A DNA stretch of 64,000 nucleotides. It comes from Candidatus Woykebacteria bacterium (GTDB lineage: Bacteria > Patescibacteriota > Microgenomatia > Woykebacterales > RBG-16-39-9b). Made by a program: the position numbers and the translations under genes. Where the stretch lies: NCBI GenBank assembly GCA_040876265.1, contig JBBDPN010000002.1, positions 3,954 through 67,953 on the forward strand, read 5' to 3'. Positions 43,915 through 53,410 of the stretch are shown here, one piece after another. The notes below the pieces were generated by a model. The model saw nothing but the letters and a program-made list of their open reading frames with translations. It was not told where the DNA came from and ran no database searches. Position 1 is the stretch's first letter; each line of letters starts with the position of its first letter.

Positions 43915-44043
43915 TCAGGTGTCGATGTTGCCGGCGCGGGAGATGTCCGGGCCCACGTCGTCGTTGAGGCCGGCGTCGAAGCCCTTGAGCTTTATGCAAG
44001 TCTCGCCGCAGCTGGCGATCGGCGGGCTGTTCGAGTAGAGCAT
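43915..44043 (-). CDS. 42-aa small peptide with CxxxC
   Basis: SD-like GAAAGGTAGGTG, strongly GC3-biased codons, upstream TTGACT...TAAAAT. Confidence 0.45.
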   Translation of the reverse strand: MLYSNSPPIASCGETCIKLKGFDAGLNDDVGPDISRAGNIDT

Positions 44044-44170
44044 TTCTGCACCTACCTTTCTTCCTTGGCTGAAACAGCATGTGAGCAAAAGATTTTGCCC
44101 AGACCACTTCAGCAAAAAATCCGATGGGAGTATTTTAGCAAACTAGCAAGGCCCAGTCAATCCCATAATA

Positions 44171-44551
44171 CTAGAGGTTGATGGTGTGAGTGAGTTCTGT
44201 CACGAGCGGTAAGTACCATTTATTGCCTTTTATAGCCTTATACGCACCGTAAACAAGAACTGCGTAGATGACCACCGCTAAAAACATTTTTAGATAACCT
44301 GGCAGAAGAAGTAAAAGTACTATGGCGATCAGTAAAATTACCAAAGCCTGGCGGGCGTGAAAAGAGACAAATTCACTGTTGTTTTTTCGCAGTACCAAAA
44401 CAGCTGCGGAAATAAAGGGGACGTATGAGGCACACGCCACCCACGTTTCCTCCCCAGAGTAAGTTCGGACTAGAGTTTCGCTCTGGCCATGGGCGGCAAA
44501 CTGGTTCTTCAAATAATTCCTTACACTGTTGAAAGAATCTTCAAATAGCAT
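44171..44551 (-). CDS. DUF4870-like membrane protein
   Basis: SY.P...FVSFHARQAL...KAIKG..WYLP. Confidence 0.75.
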   Translation of the reverse strand: MLFEDSFNSVRNYLKNQFAAHGQSETLVRTYSGEETWVACASYVPFISAAVLVLRKNNSEFVSFHARQALVILLIAIVLLLLLPGYLKMFLAVVIYAVLVYGAYKAIKGNKWYLPLVTELTHTINL

Positions 44552-44584
44552 AATTCCTCTTCTTATATTAGAATTATATTCTTT

Positions 44585-46057
44585 TTAATCGAAAAACCCA
44601 ACTTGACCTTCGGCTTGTTTGACGATCTGTTTTGGTTTTTCACTGCTAGGGATACCAGCTTCCGAAGGCCAAATTTTTACTACGCCAAACACTCCATCGT
44701 ACCCTGGCTCTATCACAATATCACCCTCCCTCACCTTCCTCACTCCCTCGACTATTCTGTGGACAGAAGCCTGTTTTTCCAAATCAGAGAGAGGCGCTTT
44801 CATCAAGATATTCATCTCAGAATCAAAATAGTTTACTAACTTCTTGTATTCCTCAATGACTTTTGGCGAAGTCACCGGCGAGCCAACAGCCTCGGATATT
44901 ATTTCTATCAAAGGCACGAGGTTTTTATATTTTGGCCGGTTTCCTGGAGTAAAACCCTCTGGTCTATTTTTATCCGCCAGCTGCTCAACCCGGTGCATTA
45001 CGCCGATGGTTAACCGCCGTCTGCATTTTGGACAAATCATTCCTGCCTTAGCAGTCTCGGACGGCGAGTGACGAACGTTGCAGTTTCTGTGCCCAGTGAA
45101 ATGATATTTACCTTCTTCCGGAAAAAATTCAAGAGTAAATGCTACTTTTGACTCCCTGCTCTTTTGCGAGTGGGCTTGATCCAATTTGTAGATCGCTTCG
45201 CGCTCTGCGACCACTTCGTGGGCTAAGGTCTCCACAGGAAGTCCGCGTTTACCACGCTCGGATAAAGCATTTTGCGATTCATCGCGGAACCTTTTTGGAG
45301 ACGAATTAGATTGTTGATCGCCGAGCACAGCCGACTGACTTTTCAACGCTGCCAGCAACCCATCGTAGCTAAAATCGCTGTCAAAAACGGTCAGCTCTCG
45401 GCTCATCTTTGGTGCGCTGTGAGCATCGGAAAAGGAAACTATTGATCGGCCATCAAGCTCTGGTATTCGCCAATTCATCGCCGGATCGCTAGACAATCCC
45501 GTTTCAATAGCGTAAATATATTTGGCTAGGTCTCCAAAAGCTTCATCAATGCTGTCAAAACCAGAGTTAGAACCGTACAAACTAAACCACGGCGTCCAAG
45601 CGTGGGCCGGGATAAAAATAGTCTTTTCGTTTACTTGCAATGCCATTTCGAGAAGTTGCTTTGCACTTAACCCAACGATTGGCCGCCCATCTGCTTTTAA
45701 GTTTCCAATTTTGCCAAGAGCTTCATTAAATTTTTCTACGCCACTTTTTTCCGAAAAATAAAGCAAACAGTGGATCCGCCTTACCTTTCCCCCTTGGGAA
45801 TAGATGCAGGAAATCTCAGTACCCAAAACGTAATGAGCGCCGCCGTATTCATAAAAACCGGAAGATTCGGATTCTTTTAATTTCTTCTTGGTTTCTTCCC
45901 ACCAAACCGGATGAGTAAAATCTGCACTGGAAAGAAGGCTAATGCCTTTGTATTTGGCCCATTCTGAAAGTGTATCGAAGTTTAAATTGCGGCTGGTGGC
46001 ACGAGCGTAAGCGGAATGAAGGTGTAAGTCGGCGACGAATTTAGCCATCATCGCCAT
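44585..46057 (-). CDS. Endonuclease Q family (PHP-fold) protein
   Basis: DLHLHS, PAHAWTPW, ETGLSSD, SDAHS, GKYH..GHR.C, PGYDG.FG. Confidence 0.88.
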   Translation of the reverse strand: MAMMAKFVADLHLHSAYARATSRNLNFDTLSEWAKYKGISLLSSADFTHPVWWEETKKKLKESESSGFYEYGGAHYVLGTEISCIYSQGGKVRRIHCLLYFSEKSGVEKFNEALGKIGNLKADGRPIVGLSAKQLLEMALQVNEKTIFIPAHAWTPWFSLYGSNSGFDSIDEAFGDLAKYIYAIETGLSSDPAMNWRIPELDGRSIVSFSDAHSAPKMSRELTVFDSDFSYDGLLAALKSQSAVLGDQQSNSSPKRFRDESQNALSERGKRGLPVETLAHEVVAEREAIYKLDQAHSQKSRESKVAFTLEFFPEEGKYHFTGHRNCNVRHSPSETAKAGMICPKCRRRLTIGVMHRVEQLADKNRPEGFTPGNRPKYKNLVPLIEIISEAVGSPVTSPKVIEEYKKLVNYFDSEMNILMKAPLSDLEKQASVHRIVEGVRKVREGDIVIEPGYDGVFGVVKIWPSEAGIPSSEKPKQIVKQAEGQVGFFD

Positions 46058-46094
46058 ATTCTAGCATAAAGTCCGTGGTGGATAAATTCAAATC

Positions 46095-46265
46095 GCTGTG
46101 CGAGCACGGCGTTTTTGAACTTGCTGAAAAGCAGAGAGGAAACTGGAACTGAACCTGAGCTTGTCGAAGGTGAATTCCAGAGGAAGTCCCAAAGCTTTTC
46201 AGCTTAGTCCAACAGTCAGCACAGCCCAGCGACAGTTTTGGTTCCACCTTTGCTGCCAAAGGTGG
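46095..46265. repeat. MITE-like repeat family A, copy 3
   Basis: Aligns with 43071..43242. Confidence 0.75.
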
Positions 46266-46272
46266 AAACAAC

Positions 46273-46650
46273 TTAGAGATTGATTTTACTCGCAATATCT
46301 CCAATTACAGGAAGGTTGTACCTTTCACCTCCGTGAGCTTTAATGAAACCCATTATAGAGGCGACCAAGAAAACCAGACTAACCAACCACCAAACAAAGA
46401 ACAGGAAACCAAGTATCATGAACAGCGCGTACAAAATTATTTCGCCAGCAAATAGGACCACGCCTTGCTTGGCGTGAAACTGAGCAAATTCGCTGTCTTT
46501 CTTCGCGAAAAGGACAACTACTGAAATAACTCCGATGTAACTAAGTGCTGCTATCATGTTGTCATCACCGCCGCTTTTTGCAGCTGGTGTTGGTTGTTGT
46601 GAGGCTGGTTGTTGTGGAGACTGAGTAGTTTCTTCTTGCAGAAAAATCAC
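46273..46650 (-). CDS. DUF4870-like membrane protein
   Basis: AALSYI...QFHAKQG...KAHGGERYNLPVIG. Confidence 0.8.
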   Translation of the reverse strand: MIFLQEETTQSPQQPASQQPTPAAKSGGDDNMIAALSYIGVISVVVLFAKKDSEFAQFHAKQGVVLFAGEIILYALFMILGFLFFVWWLVSLVFLVASIMGFIKAHGGERYNLPVIGDIASKINL

Positions 46651-46793
46651 CTCCTTTTTAGGACTAATTTAATTAAATCACACGCTCGCTCACCTGTCAA
46701 AATTCATCTTGACTTATTTCTATAGGGTGCTATTATTGAGGCCAAAATCTGCACTTGAACAAGTGAATAAACCTAGCAGAAGGAGATGAAATC

Positions 46794-48071
46794 ATGCCGA
46801 TGTCAAATGACTTCAAAGAACGTCTGAACCAAATCCTTCCACAGATCGTAAAGCACTACGGAACTCCTTTCCACGTCTATGATGAGGTTGGGATAACCGA
46901 AAATGCTCAAGATCTATACAGCCAGTTCAGCGAAGGAAGCGGCTTCCGCAACTACTTTGCGGTCAAGGCCCTACCAAATCCAAGGATTATCAGTTTACTG
47001 TTGTCCTTGGAAATGGGGTTCGATTGCAGCTCCATACCAGAGCTCGTGATAGCTCGGTCCGTAGGTGCAAAACCTGACCAGATCATATTCACTTCGAACA
47101 ATACTGATGCCCCAGAGTACGAAGCGGCTCTGGCCGATGGCGGTTGCATACTCAATCTAGACGATCTCACGTTCGTCGAAAAGGTACCTGAACCCTTCCC
47201 AGAGCAAATCTGTTTTCGGTTCAACCCAGGAAAAAAGCGTTCCGGAAGTCGGTTTATCGGCGACCCCTCCGACGCCAAGTATGGGCTTCGTGAAGATCAA
47301 CTTATCACGGCGTACAGATTGGCGCGAGACCGAGGTGCCAAACGATTCGGTCTCCACACCATGATAATCAGCAACGAACTCGACTACAAGTTCATGCTCA
47401 CAACCGTGCATATGCTCCTCGAAATCATTGAGGACTTGGAACGGAAGACTGGCATAATTTTTGAGTTCATCAACATTGGGGGTGGCATAGGAATCCCATA
47501 CAAACCAGATGACCATGGTTTTCATATCACCTCCCTTGGTCATTACACTCAGTTGATTTTGAAGGAGTTTCTGACAAAGAACGGATACGCCCCAACGCTC
47601 TACTCCGAATGTGGACGTTACGTCACTGGCCCTCATGGAGTCCTCGTCACTACTTGCATCAACCGAATGATCAAGCACAAGGAATACGTAGGGGTGGATG
47701 CAAGTATGTCAGCTCTCATGAGACCTGGAATGTATGGCGCCTACCACCATATCAACATCGTTGACCCGAACGGTCAGGAAAAAGACGGGGTTACCGAAGT
47801 CGTAGACGTCGTTGGCTCTCTGTGTGAGAACAACGACAAGTTTGCTGTTGATCGAGAACTTCCAAAAGTCGTGGGAGGTGACTTTGTCATCATCCACGAC
47901 ACTGGTGCTCATGGACACGCGATGGGGTTCAACTACAACGGTCGCCTGCGACCAAAGGAGCTGTTGCTCCGCTCCGACGGAAAAGTGGAGCTTATCCGCC
48001 GAGCCGAAACTCACGAGGACTATACCGCAACCCTGCGGTTTGAACCGGACGTTTTGGACCTAACAGCATAA
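46794..48071 (+). CDS. lysA: Diaminopimelate decarboxylase
   Basis: YGTPFHVYDE, FAVKALPNP, NIGGG.G, ECGR, GSLCENND, GAHG.AMGFNYN. Confidence 0.88.
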   Translation: MPMSNDFKERLNQILPQIVKHYGTPFHVYDEVGITENAQDLYSQFSEGSGFRNYFAVKALPNPRIISLLLSLEMGFDCSSIPELVIARSVGAKPDQIIFTSNNTDAPEYEAALADGGCILNLDDLTFVEKVPEPFPEQICFRFNPGKKRSGSRFIGDPSDAKYGLREDQLITAYRLARDRGAKRFGLHTMIISNELDYKFMLTTVHMLLEIIEDLERKTGIIFEFINIGGGIGIPYKPDDHGFHITSLGHYTQLILKEFLTKNGYAPTLYSECGRYVTGPHGVLVTTCINRMIKHKEYVGVDASMSALMRPGMYGAYHHINIVDPNGQEKDGVTEVVDVVGSLCENNDKFAVDRELPKVVGGDFVIIHDTGAHGHAMGFNYNGRLRPKELLLRSDGKVELIRRAETHEDYTATLRFEPDVLDLTA

Positions 48072-48083
48072 GGAGGTGCTGAA

Positions 48084-49271
48084 ATGGAAATCCAGGTAGC
48101 CCAACGGGTCAAAAATCTTCCCGAGAGTTACGTCTTCGGGAAGATTGCTAAGGCGAAAGCGGCGGCCAGAGAAGCCGGCAGAAGGGTCTACGATTTCGGC
48201 ATCGGTGATCCGGACTGGGGTGCTCCAATAGAGATGGTCGAGGACATCATAACGGCTCTCCGCGACCCAACCACCCACGATTATCCGGATACCGAAGGGC
48301 TCCGAGTCTACCGAGAGGCTTGGGCAGGTCTCTACAGACAGGTTTGGGGTGTCCTTCTGGATCCGGAGACTGAGGTACACGCCTTAATCGGCGGTAAAGA
48401 AGGTATCGGCCACGTGCCCCTAGCCTTCGTAAACCCCGGCGACATCGTGATTTGCCCCGACCCTGCCTACCCTGTCTACGATGAGGGCACCATCATCGCC
48501 GGCGGCGAACCCTACTACCTACCCCTGCTCGAGGAGAACGGATTTCTTCCGGACTTCGAGTCAGTTCCGCAAGATATCGCTGCGCGGGCGAAGATATTCT
48601 GGATCAACTCTCCCAACAACCCCACTGGGTCTAAAGCCAACCTGAAATACTTCACTCGCCTAGCCAAGTGGGGAAAGCAGACTGAGACGATGGTTTTTTC
48701 AGACGCCACCTACTCCCACATAGGTTCGGAGCGGCCATCGCCCAGCTTCCTCCAGGCTCCTGGGTCTATGGAGGTAGGTGTGGAGTTTCACTCCATTTCC
48801 AAGACTTTCAGCTTCACTGGCGCCAGGTGTGCTGCGGTAGTGGGCAACAGCGACATCATCAAGGGACTCCACCGGATCAAGGCCAGCCTGGACTCCGGCG
48901 TCCCAGACTTCATCCAAGAGGCTGTGGCAACACACCTCCTGAGCTGCGAGGAGTACACCGACCGCATAAACAACGAGTATTCTCGGCTCCGCGTGGCACT
49001 ACAGCAAGAACTCGCGAACTTGGGCTTCGCTCCCTACAAGTCTGAGGCCACCTTCTACGTCTGGGCGAAGAACCCTACCGGCTTCGAGGATTCTGAGGCG
49101 TTTGCCTACGACCTCATTGAGAAAACCGGTGTGGTCTGCGTCCCCGGCAAAGGCCTTGGACGCCAGAATGGAGAAGGTTACACCCGCTGGTCGGTGGCTC
49201 GCGCCACAATGGGTGACATTAGAAACGCGACAGTGCTAGTCGGCAACTACCTCACCACGAAGAAAGCATAG
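48084..49271 (+). CDS. Class I/II PLP aminotransferase, LL-diaminopimelate aminotransferase-like
   Basis: GIGDPD, LIGGKEGI.H, PDPAYPVY, NSPNNPTG, EFHSISKTF. Operonic with lysA. Confidence 0.8.
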   Translation: MEIQVAQRVKNLPESYVFGKIAKAKAAAREAGRRVYDFGIGDPDWGAPIEMVEDIITALRDPTTHDYPDTEGLRVYREAWAGLYRQVWGVLLDPETEVHALIGGKEGIGHVPLAFVNPGDIVICPDPAYPVYDEGTIIAGGEPYYLPLLEENGFLPDFESVPQDIAARAKIFWINSPNNPTGSKANLKYFTRLAKWGKQTETMVFSDATYSHIGSERPSPSFLQAPGSMEVGVEFHSISKTFSFTGARCAAVVGNSDIIKGLHRIKASLDSGVPDFIQEAVATHLLSCEEYTDRINNEYSRLRVALQQELANLGFAPYKSEATFYVWAKNPTGFEDSEAFAYDLIEKTGVVCVPGKGLGRQNGEGYTRWSVARATMGDIRNATVLVGNYLTTKKA

Positions 49272-49349
49272 GAAGATCCGGAAGGACGAGGAGATCTATG
49301 GCCCGCTTGAACCAAGCATCAGCTTGGTGATGGCGGGCCTCATCTTTTC

Positions 49350-51086
49350 TTATCGAACCTTAACTTTACGTTGCTGATTAAACATCTTGATCAACTCAAT
49401 AACTGTAGTCGCATCTTCCGCACGTTTATCGGCGCCGCGGAAGGAAACCAGACGAGGAAAACGTAGTGCGTACCCTGGCTCATCGCCTACTTTACCAGCG
49501 GTGTGAACAGGGCTGCGAGTGATCTCATCAGCAAAAATTTCTAGTACTTCCTTTGGTTCCACCCAATAGCTGGGGTTTATCAAAGAATTAACTCGCGCTG
49601 GCTTGTGATCCACTTTTATTTTTTGGGCGAGATCATTAACTTTTCGAAACTCTTCATCAGTAAGCCCTGTACCAATACGACTAACCGTCACGAAACTATC
49701 ACTTTCTGTATCATATATACCCACAAGGAGCCCACCGACTCCAAACTGCGTCCTTTTTCCAGTACCCGTGTATATGCCCAACAAAACGGCGTCGATAGTG
49801 TCAGAGAGCTCTCCGGCTGCTACACGCTTGAATTTCACCCAGTGAAAGCCTCTATTGCCGGCTTTGTACGGTGCATCCAGCTTTTTCACCATTACACCCT
49901 CCAGGCCAGCCGCAATTTGTTCTTCAAACATCTTTTTCAGCTCCTGCGCCGAATGCAAAATCTCCTCTCGGGCTACGAGGATTTGGCCTTGCGAGGAAAC
50001 AACCCGGGAAAGTTTTTGCCTCCTCTCCTTGTACGGTTGGCCTGTGATATCCTTACCGTTTAAGTAAAGCAAATCAAAAGTAAAAAGTTTCAGAGGCAAT
50101 TTGGTGGCAAACTCCTCTACCCCATATTTCCTGCGTCTTTTTGTGGTTTCTTGAAAAGGAAGGAACTCATCCGTAAGAGGGTTGTACGCAATCGCCTCCC
50201 CTTCAAAAATAGCAGAATCCGCCCGCACTTCTTTCTTCACTGCTTCGATGAGATCCGGAAACATGTGGCTCATGTCCTCCAAGTTCCTCGAAAAGATTTT
50301 AACCTCGTTTTTTATTTTGTGGACTTGATTGCGAAACCCGTCGTATTTTGGTTCAGCGGCAAAGCGGTCTCCCATCCTTTTGACCATCGCTTCTGCGCTA
50401 GGGAGCCTTTCTGCCAGAGCGGGACGGACCGGCTTCCCAACTTGCAACTGAATTTTTTCAACTGCGGTTAAACCTTTTTGCCAGTAAGTTTTCGCAACGA
50501 ATCCCAGATCACTTGTTTTATTATAAGCTTCTTCCAGCGCTTTTCTATGGGACTTATCACCCGTTTTGGCCACGGAAAGGGCGTCTAAGACGGTCGGATC
50601 GCCAATTCCAAGCCGAAGCTTGGACAGGGTAATCTTCACCAGATGTTTGGCGCTCTTGGCGTCCAATTTTTTTAATAAAAGTGCCAGTATATTTATTTTC
50701 GTCTCAACGCTCCCCTCACCTGCCGTTGTAGCAATATCATGCAAACCAGCGTGGACATCATTAATTGTGAGGCTAGAATCTTTTTTGCTACCGTTAAGTT
50801 CTTCGGCGGCAAGACCCATATCGCCTTTTTGGGATAGAAGTTTCTGTACTTTCTCTCTGGGAACATCGTAGGCCTGGGCAAGCGCTTGATCTACCAATTT
50901 ATCGGCCATTCCTATTTCGGTGGGATCAAAAAACGGAACCACTCGGCCTTGGAGAAGATAACAAACCTTGTCTATCTCGCCAGCGGAGATATTTTTGAAA
51001 AGATCAGCGAGGATATTGGTCAGCTCAATCCGGCTAGAGGTAGCCTCAAGCTTCTCTAAATACTGTGCGAACTCAGAGAATTTCAT
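49350..51086 (-). CDS. ATP-dependent DNA ligase
   Basis: EPKYDGFR, EGVMVK, WVKFK, ALRFPR. Confidence 0.93.
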   Translation of the reverse strand: MKFSEFAQYLEKLEATSSRIELTNILADLFKNISAGEIDKVCYLLQGRVVPFFDPTEIGMADKLVDQALAQAYDVPREKVQKLLSQKGDMGLAAEELNGSKKDSSLTINDVHAGLHDIATTAGEGSVETKINILALLLKKLDAKSAKHLVKITLSKLRLGIGDPTVLDALSVAKTGDKSHRKALEEAYNKTSDLGFVAKTYWQKGLTAVEKIQLQVGKPVRPALAERLPSAEAMVKRMGDRFAAEPKYDGFRNQVHKIKNEVKIFSRNLEDMSHMFPDLIEAVKKEVRADSAIFEGEAIAYNPLTDEFLPFQETTKRRRKYGVEEFATKLPLKLFTFDLLYLNGKDITGQPYKERRQKLSRVVSSQGQILVAREEILHSAQELKKMFEEQIAAGLEGVMVKKLDAPYKAGNRGFHWVKFKRVAAGELSDTIDAVLLGIYTGTGKRTQFGVGGLLVGIYDTESDSFVTVSRIGTGLTDEEFRKVNDLAQKIKVDHKPARVNSLINPSYWVEPKEVLEIFADEITRSPVHTAGKVGDEPGYALRFPRLVSFRGADKRAEDATTVIELIKMFNQQRKVKVR

Positions 51087-51184
51087 GGTGAAGGGATTAT
51101 ACCGCAAAAAAGTGGTTGTAAAAAGGAGAAGCGCTGATGTTCCCGCGAAACATCAGCGCCATGGACATCCCTCGACCCGTTCCT

Positions 51185-52351
51185 TTAGTTGATCGCCCGT
51201 ACCATAGTCACTCCATCTATACGTCGGAGTGCCCGTAGTACGAATTGATCGACCGGCTCATCCAGGTCAAGGATGTTGTATGCTACATTTCCACGGTGTC
51301 TGTTCTCCATGTTATCGATATTGACACCCGCCCGACCCACGGTTGTTGTGATCTGGGCAATCATCTCGGGCACGTTAACGTTGGCCACCACCAACCGAAA
51401 CTCTGTGGATCGCGGCAGAGAAATTTCCGGGAAGTTGACGCTGTTGTGGATATTCCCATCTTCCAAGAAATCGCGAACCTGCTGCGCGATCATTCGGGCG
51501 CAGTTTTCTTCGGATTCCTGTGTCAACGCTCCTACATGGGGTAGAGAGCTTACCCGTGGGTGGCCTTTGACTTTACTCGTCGGAAAGTCCGTTACGTAAG
51601 CCCGAACTTTTCCTGAGTCTAAAGCTGAGATTAGAGCAGCTTCATCCACGATTCCTTCTCTGGAGAAATTGAGGACTATCACCCCATCCCTCATCTTCTC
51701 AAGCCGAGACGTATCGATCATGTTCTGAGTAGTGGCAGAGAGCGGAACATGAAAAGTGATGAAGTCAGCTCGACTCAAAACCTCGTCTAGAGAATGGGCC
51801 GGTTGGACTTGGGGCGAAAGTTTCCAAGCACCCTCAACCGTAATATCTGGGTCGAAGCCAAGAACACGCATACCCAAAAATAGGGCCCCGTTGGCAACCT
51901 CTCCCCCCACAGCTCCTAAACCAACAACGCCTAATGTCTTTCCGGCAATTTCGATGCCACGGAATTGACCTTTTCCTACCTCCAGCACTTTCTTTATATC
52001 CTCATCAGTACCTTGAAGGTTCCGAACGAACTCAAAGGCTGGAGCAATATTACGAGCTGCCGCTGTGAGGCAGGACAGGACGACCTCTTTCACGGCGTTG
52101 GCATTGGCGCCTGGAGTGTTGAAAACCACGACGCCGCTCCTTGAAAGCTCCTCGACCGGAATGTTGTCTACCCCGACACCAGCTCTTCCCACCGCTTTCA
52201 ACGAGATTGGAAATTTCTGTCCATGAAGAATAGCGGAACGAACCAGTATTGCGTCTGAATTTTCCATCTTGGAAACCATCAAGTACAGCTCTGATGGGAA
52301 CTGGCCAAGACCAGCAGATGAGATAGCATCCAACACCTGAACCCTAAACAA
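51185..52351 (-). CDS. serA: D-3-phosphoglycerate dehydrogenase with ACT domain
   Basis: RAGVGVDNI, NTPGANANAVKE, GLGAVG, PHVGA, C-terminal ACT. Confidence 0.88.
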   Translation of the reverse strand: MFRVQVLDAISSAGLGQFPSELYLMVSKMENSDAILVRSAILHGQKFPISLKAVGRAGVGVDNIPVEELSRSGVVVFNTPGANANAVKEVVLSCLTAAARNIAPAFEFVRNLQGTDEDIKKVLEVGKGQFRGIEIAGKTLGVVGLGAVGGEVANGALFLGMRVLGFDPDITVEGAWKLSPQVQPAHSLDEVLSRADFITFHVPLSATTQNMIDTSRLEKMRDGVIVLNFSREGIVDEAALISALDSGKVRAYVTDFPTSKVKGHPRVSSLPHVGALTQESEENCARMIAQQVRDFLEDGNIHNSVNFPEISLPRSTEFRLVVANVNVPEMIAQITTTVGRAGVNIDNMENRHRGNVAYNILDLDEPVDQFVLRALRRIDGVTMVRAIN

Positions 52352-52447
52352 TTCTTGCTCCCTCCAGTCTACTCGGACCTAAACCTCTTCTGTTCCAGGT
52401 TTATTTGATAAATAAATTATACCGAAGGGGAAAGATTTTTCAACTAG

Positions 52448-53410
52448 TTAGATAGATTTCCAGATATCTTCTAGGGCGGCTTTGGGAGGCTTGTTTTGAA
52501 AGATAGTTTCGTAGACGTTTTGGAAAAGTGGCACATCAATTTTGAATCTTTTAGCTAGGGCGTAGGCAGATTCGGCTGTCCCCACACCTTCAATGGCTGT
52601 TTTCGTAGCCAGAGCTTCTTTCACATCTGTACCGCTGCCAAGTTTGTAGCCAAAAGTGAAATTACGTGATTGATCACTTGTTGCGGTCAGGAAAAGATCG
52701 CCCAGACCGGCAACAGTATAAAAAGTTTCAGCTTTTGCACCCATTTTATTACCCAACTTTGCAATTTCTCTCAACCCTTCAGTAAAAACGGCAGCAGTGA
52801 AATCACGCCCTAACTGCGCTCCAGCAGCCATTCCGGCCAAAATTGCCAAGACATTTTTCAGTGCTCCTCCTAGTTCCAGACCAACTACATCGCCGGTAAC
52901 CTCTACTTTGAAATTCTCTGTCTCAATAATTTTTTTGATTTTTTCTGCCGCTTCCTTGTCACTACTGGCCACCAGTATCTTGGTATCCAACCCCTTGCCC
53001 ACTTCTTTGGCGAAAGATGGGCCGGAAATTGCTGACACTTTGTAATCTCCAGTTACCACTTCCTCCACTATTTCATTGGCTAATTTGTGTGTGTCTTTCT
53101 CAATACCTTTTGAAGCACAGACGAAGATTTTGCCGCTAATTTTTTTGGGGAGAAGACTACGGAGTGAGAAAAATGGAGGCGCCAGGAAAACTATATCAGA
53201 ATAGTCGTACGCCTCTTGGAGGTTGTTGGTGGCGACTATTTCGGGCGGAAGCTCGATATCTGGCAAGTATGATAGGTTTTGATGCAGTTTATTTATCTCC
53301 TCCACTACCTTCTTTTCGTACGCCCAAATCTTCACGTGGTTCCCAGCTCTATTTAGTTGTACTGCCAGGGCTGTCCCAAAAGCCCCAGCTCCAATCACCG
53401 CTACTTTCAT
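52448..53410 (-). CDS. gpsA: NAD(P)H-dependent glycerol-3-phosphate dehydrogenase
   Basis: GAGAFGTALA, SGPSFA, GALKNV, GLGDL.LT...SRN. Confidence 0.93.
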   Translation of the reverse strand: MKVAVIGAGAFGTALAVQLNRAGNHVKIWAYEKKVVEEINKLHQNLSYLPDIELPPEIVATNNLQEAYDYSDIVFLAPPFFSLRSLLPKKISGKIFVCASKGIEKDTHKLANEIVEEVVTGDYKVSAISGPSFAKEVGKGLDTKILVASSDKEAAEKIKKIIETENFKVEVTGDVVGLELGGALKNVLAILAGMAAGAQLGRDFTAAVFTEGLREIAKLGNKMGAKAETFYTVAGLGDLFLTATSDQSRNFTFGYKLGSGTDVKEALATKTAIEGVGTAESAYALAKRFKIDVPLFQNVYETIFQNKPPKAALEDIWKSI

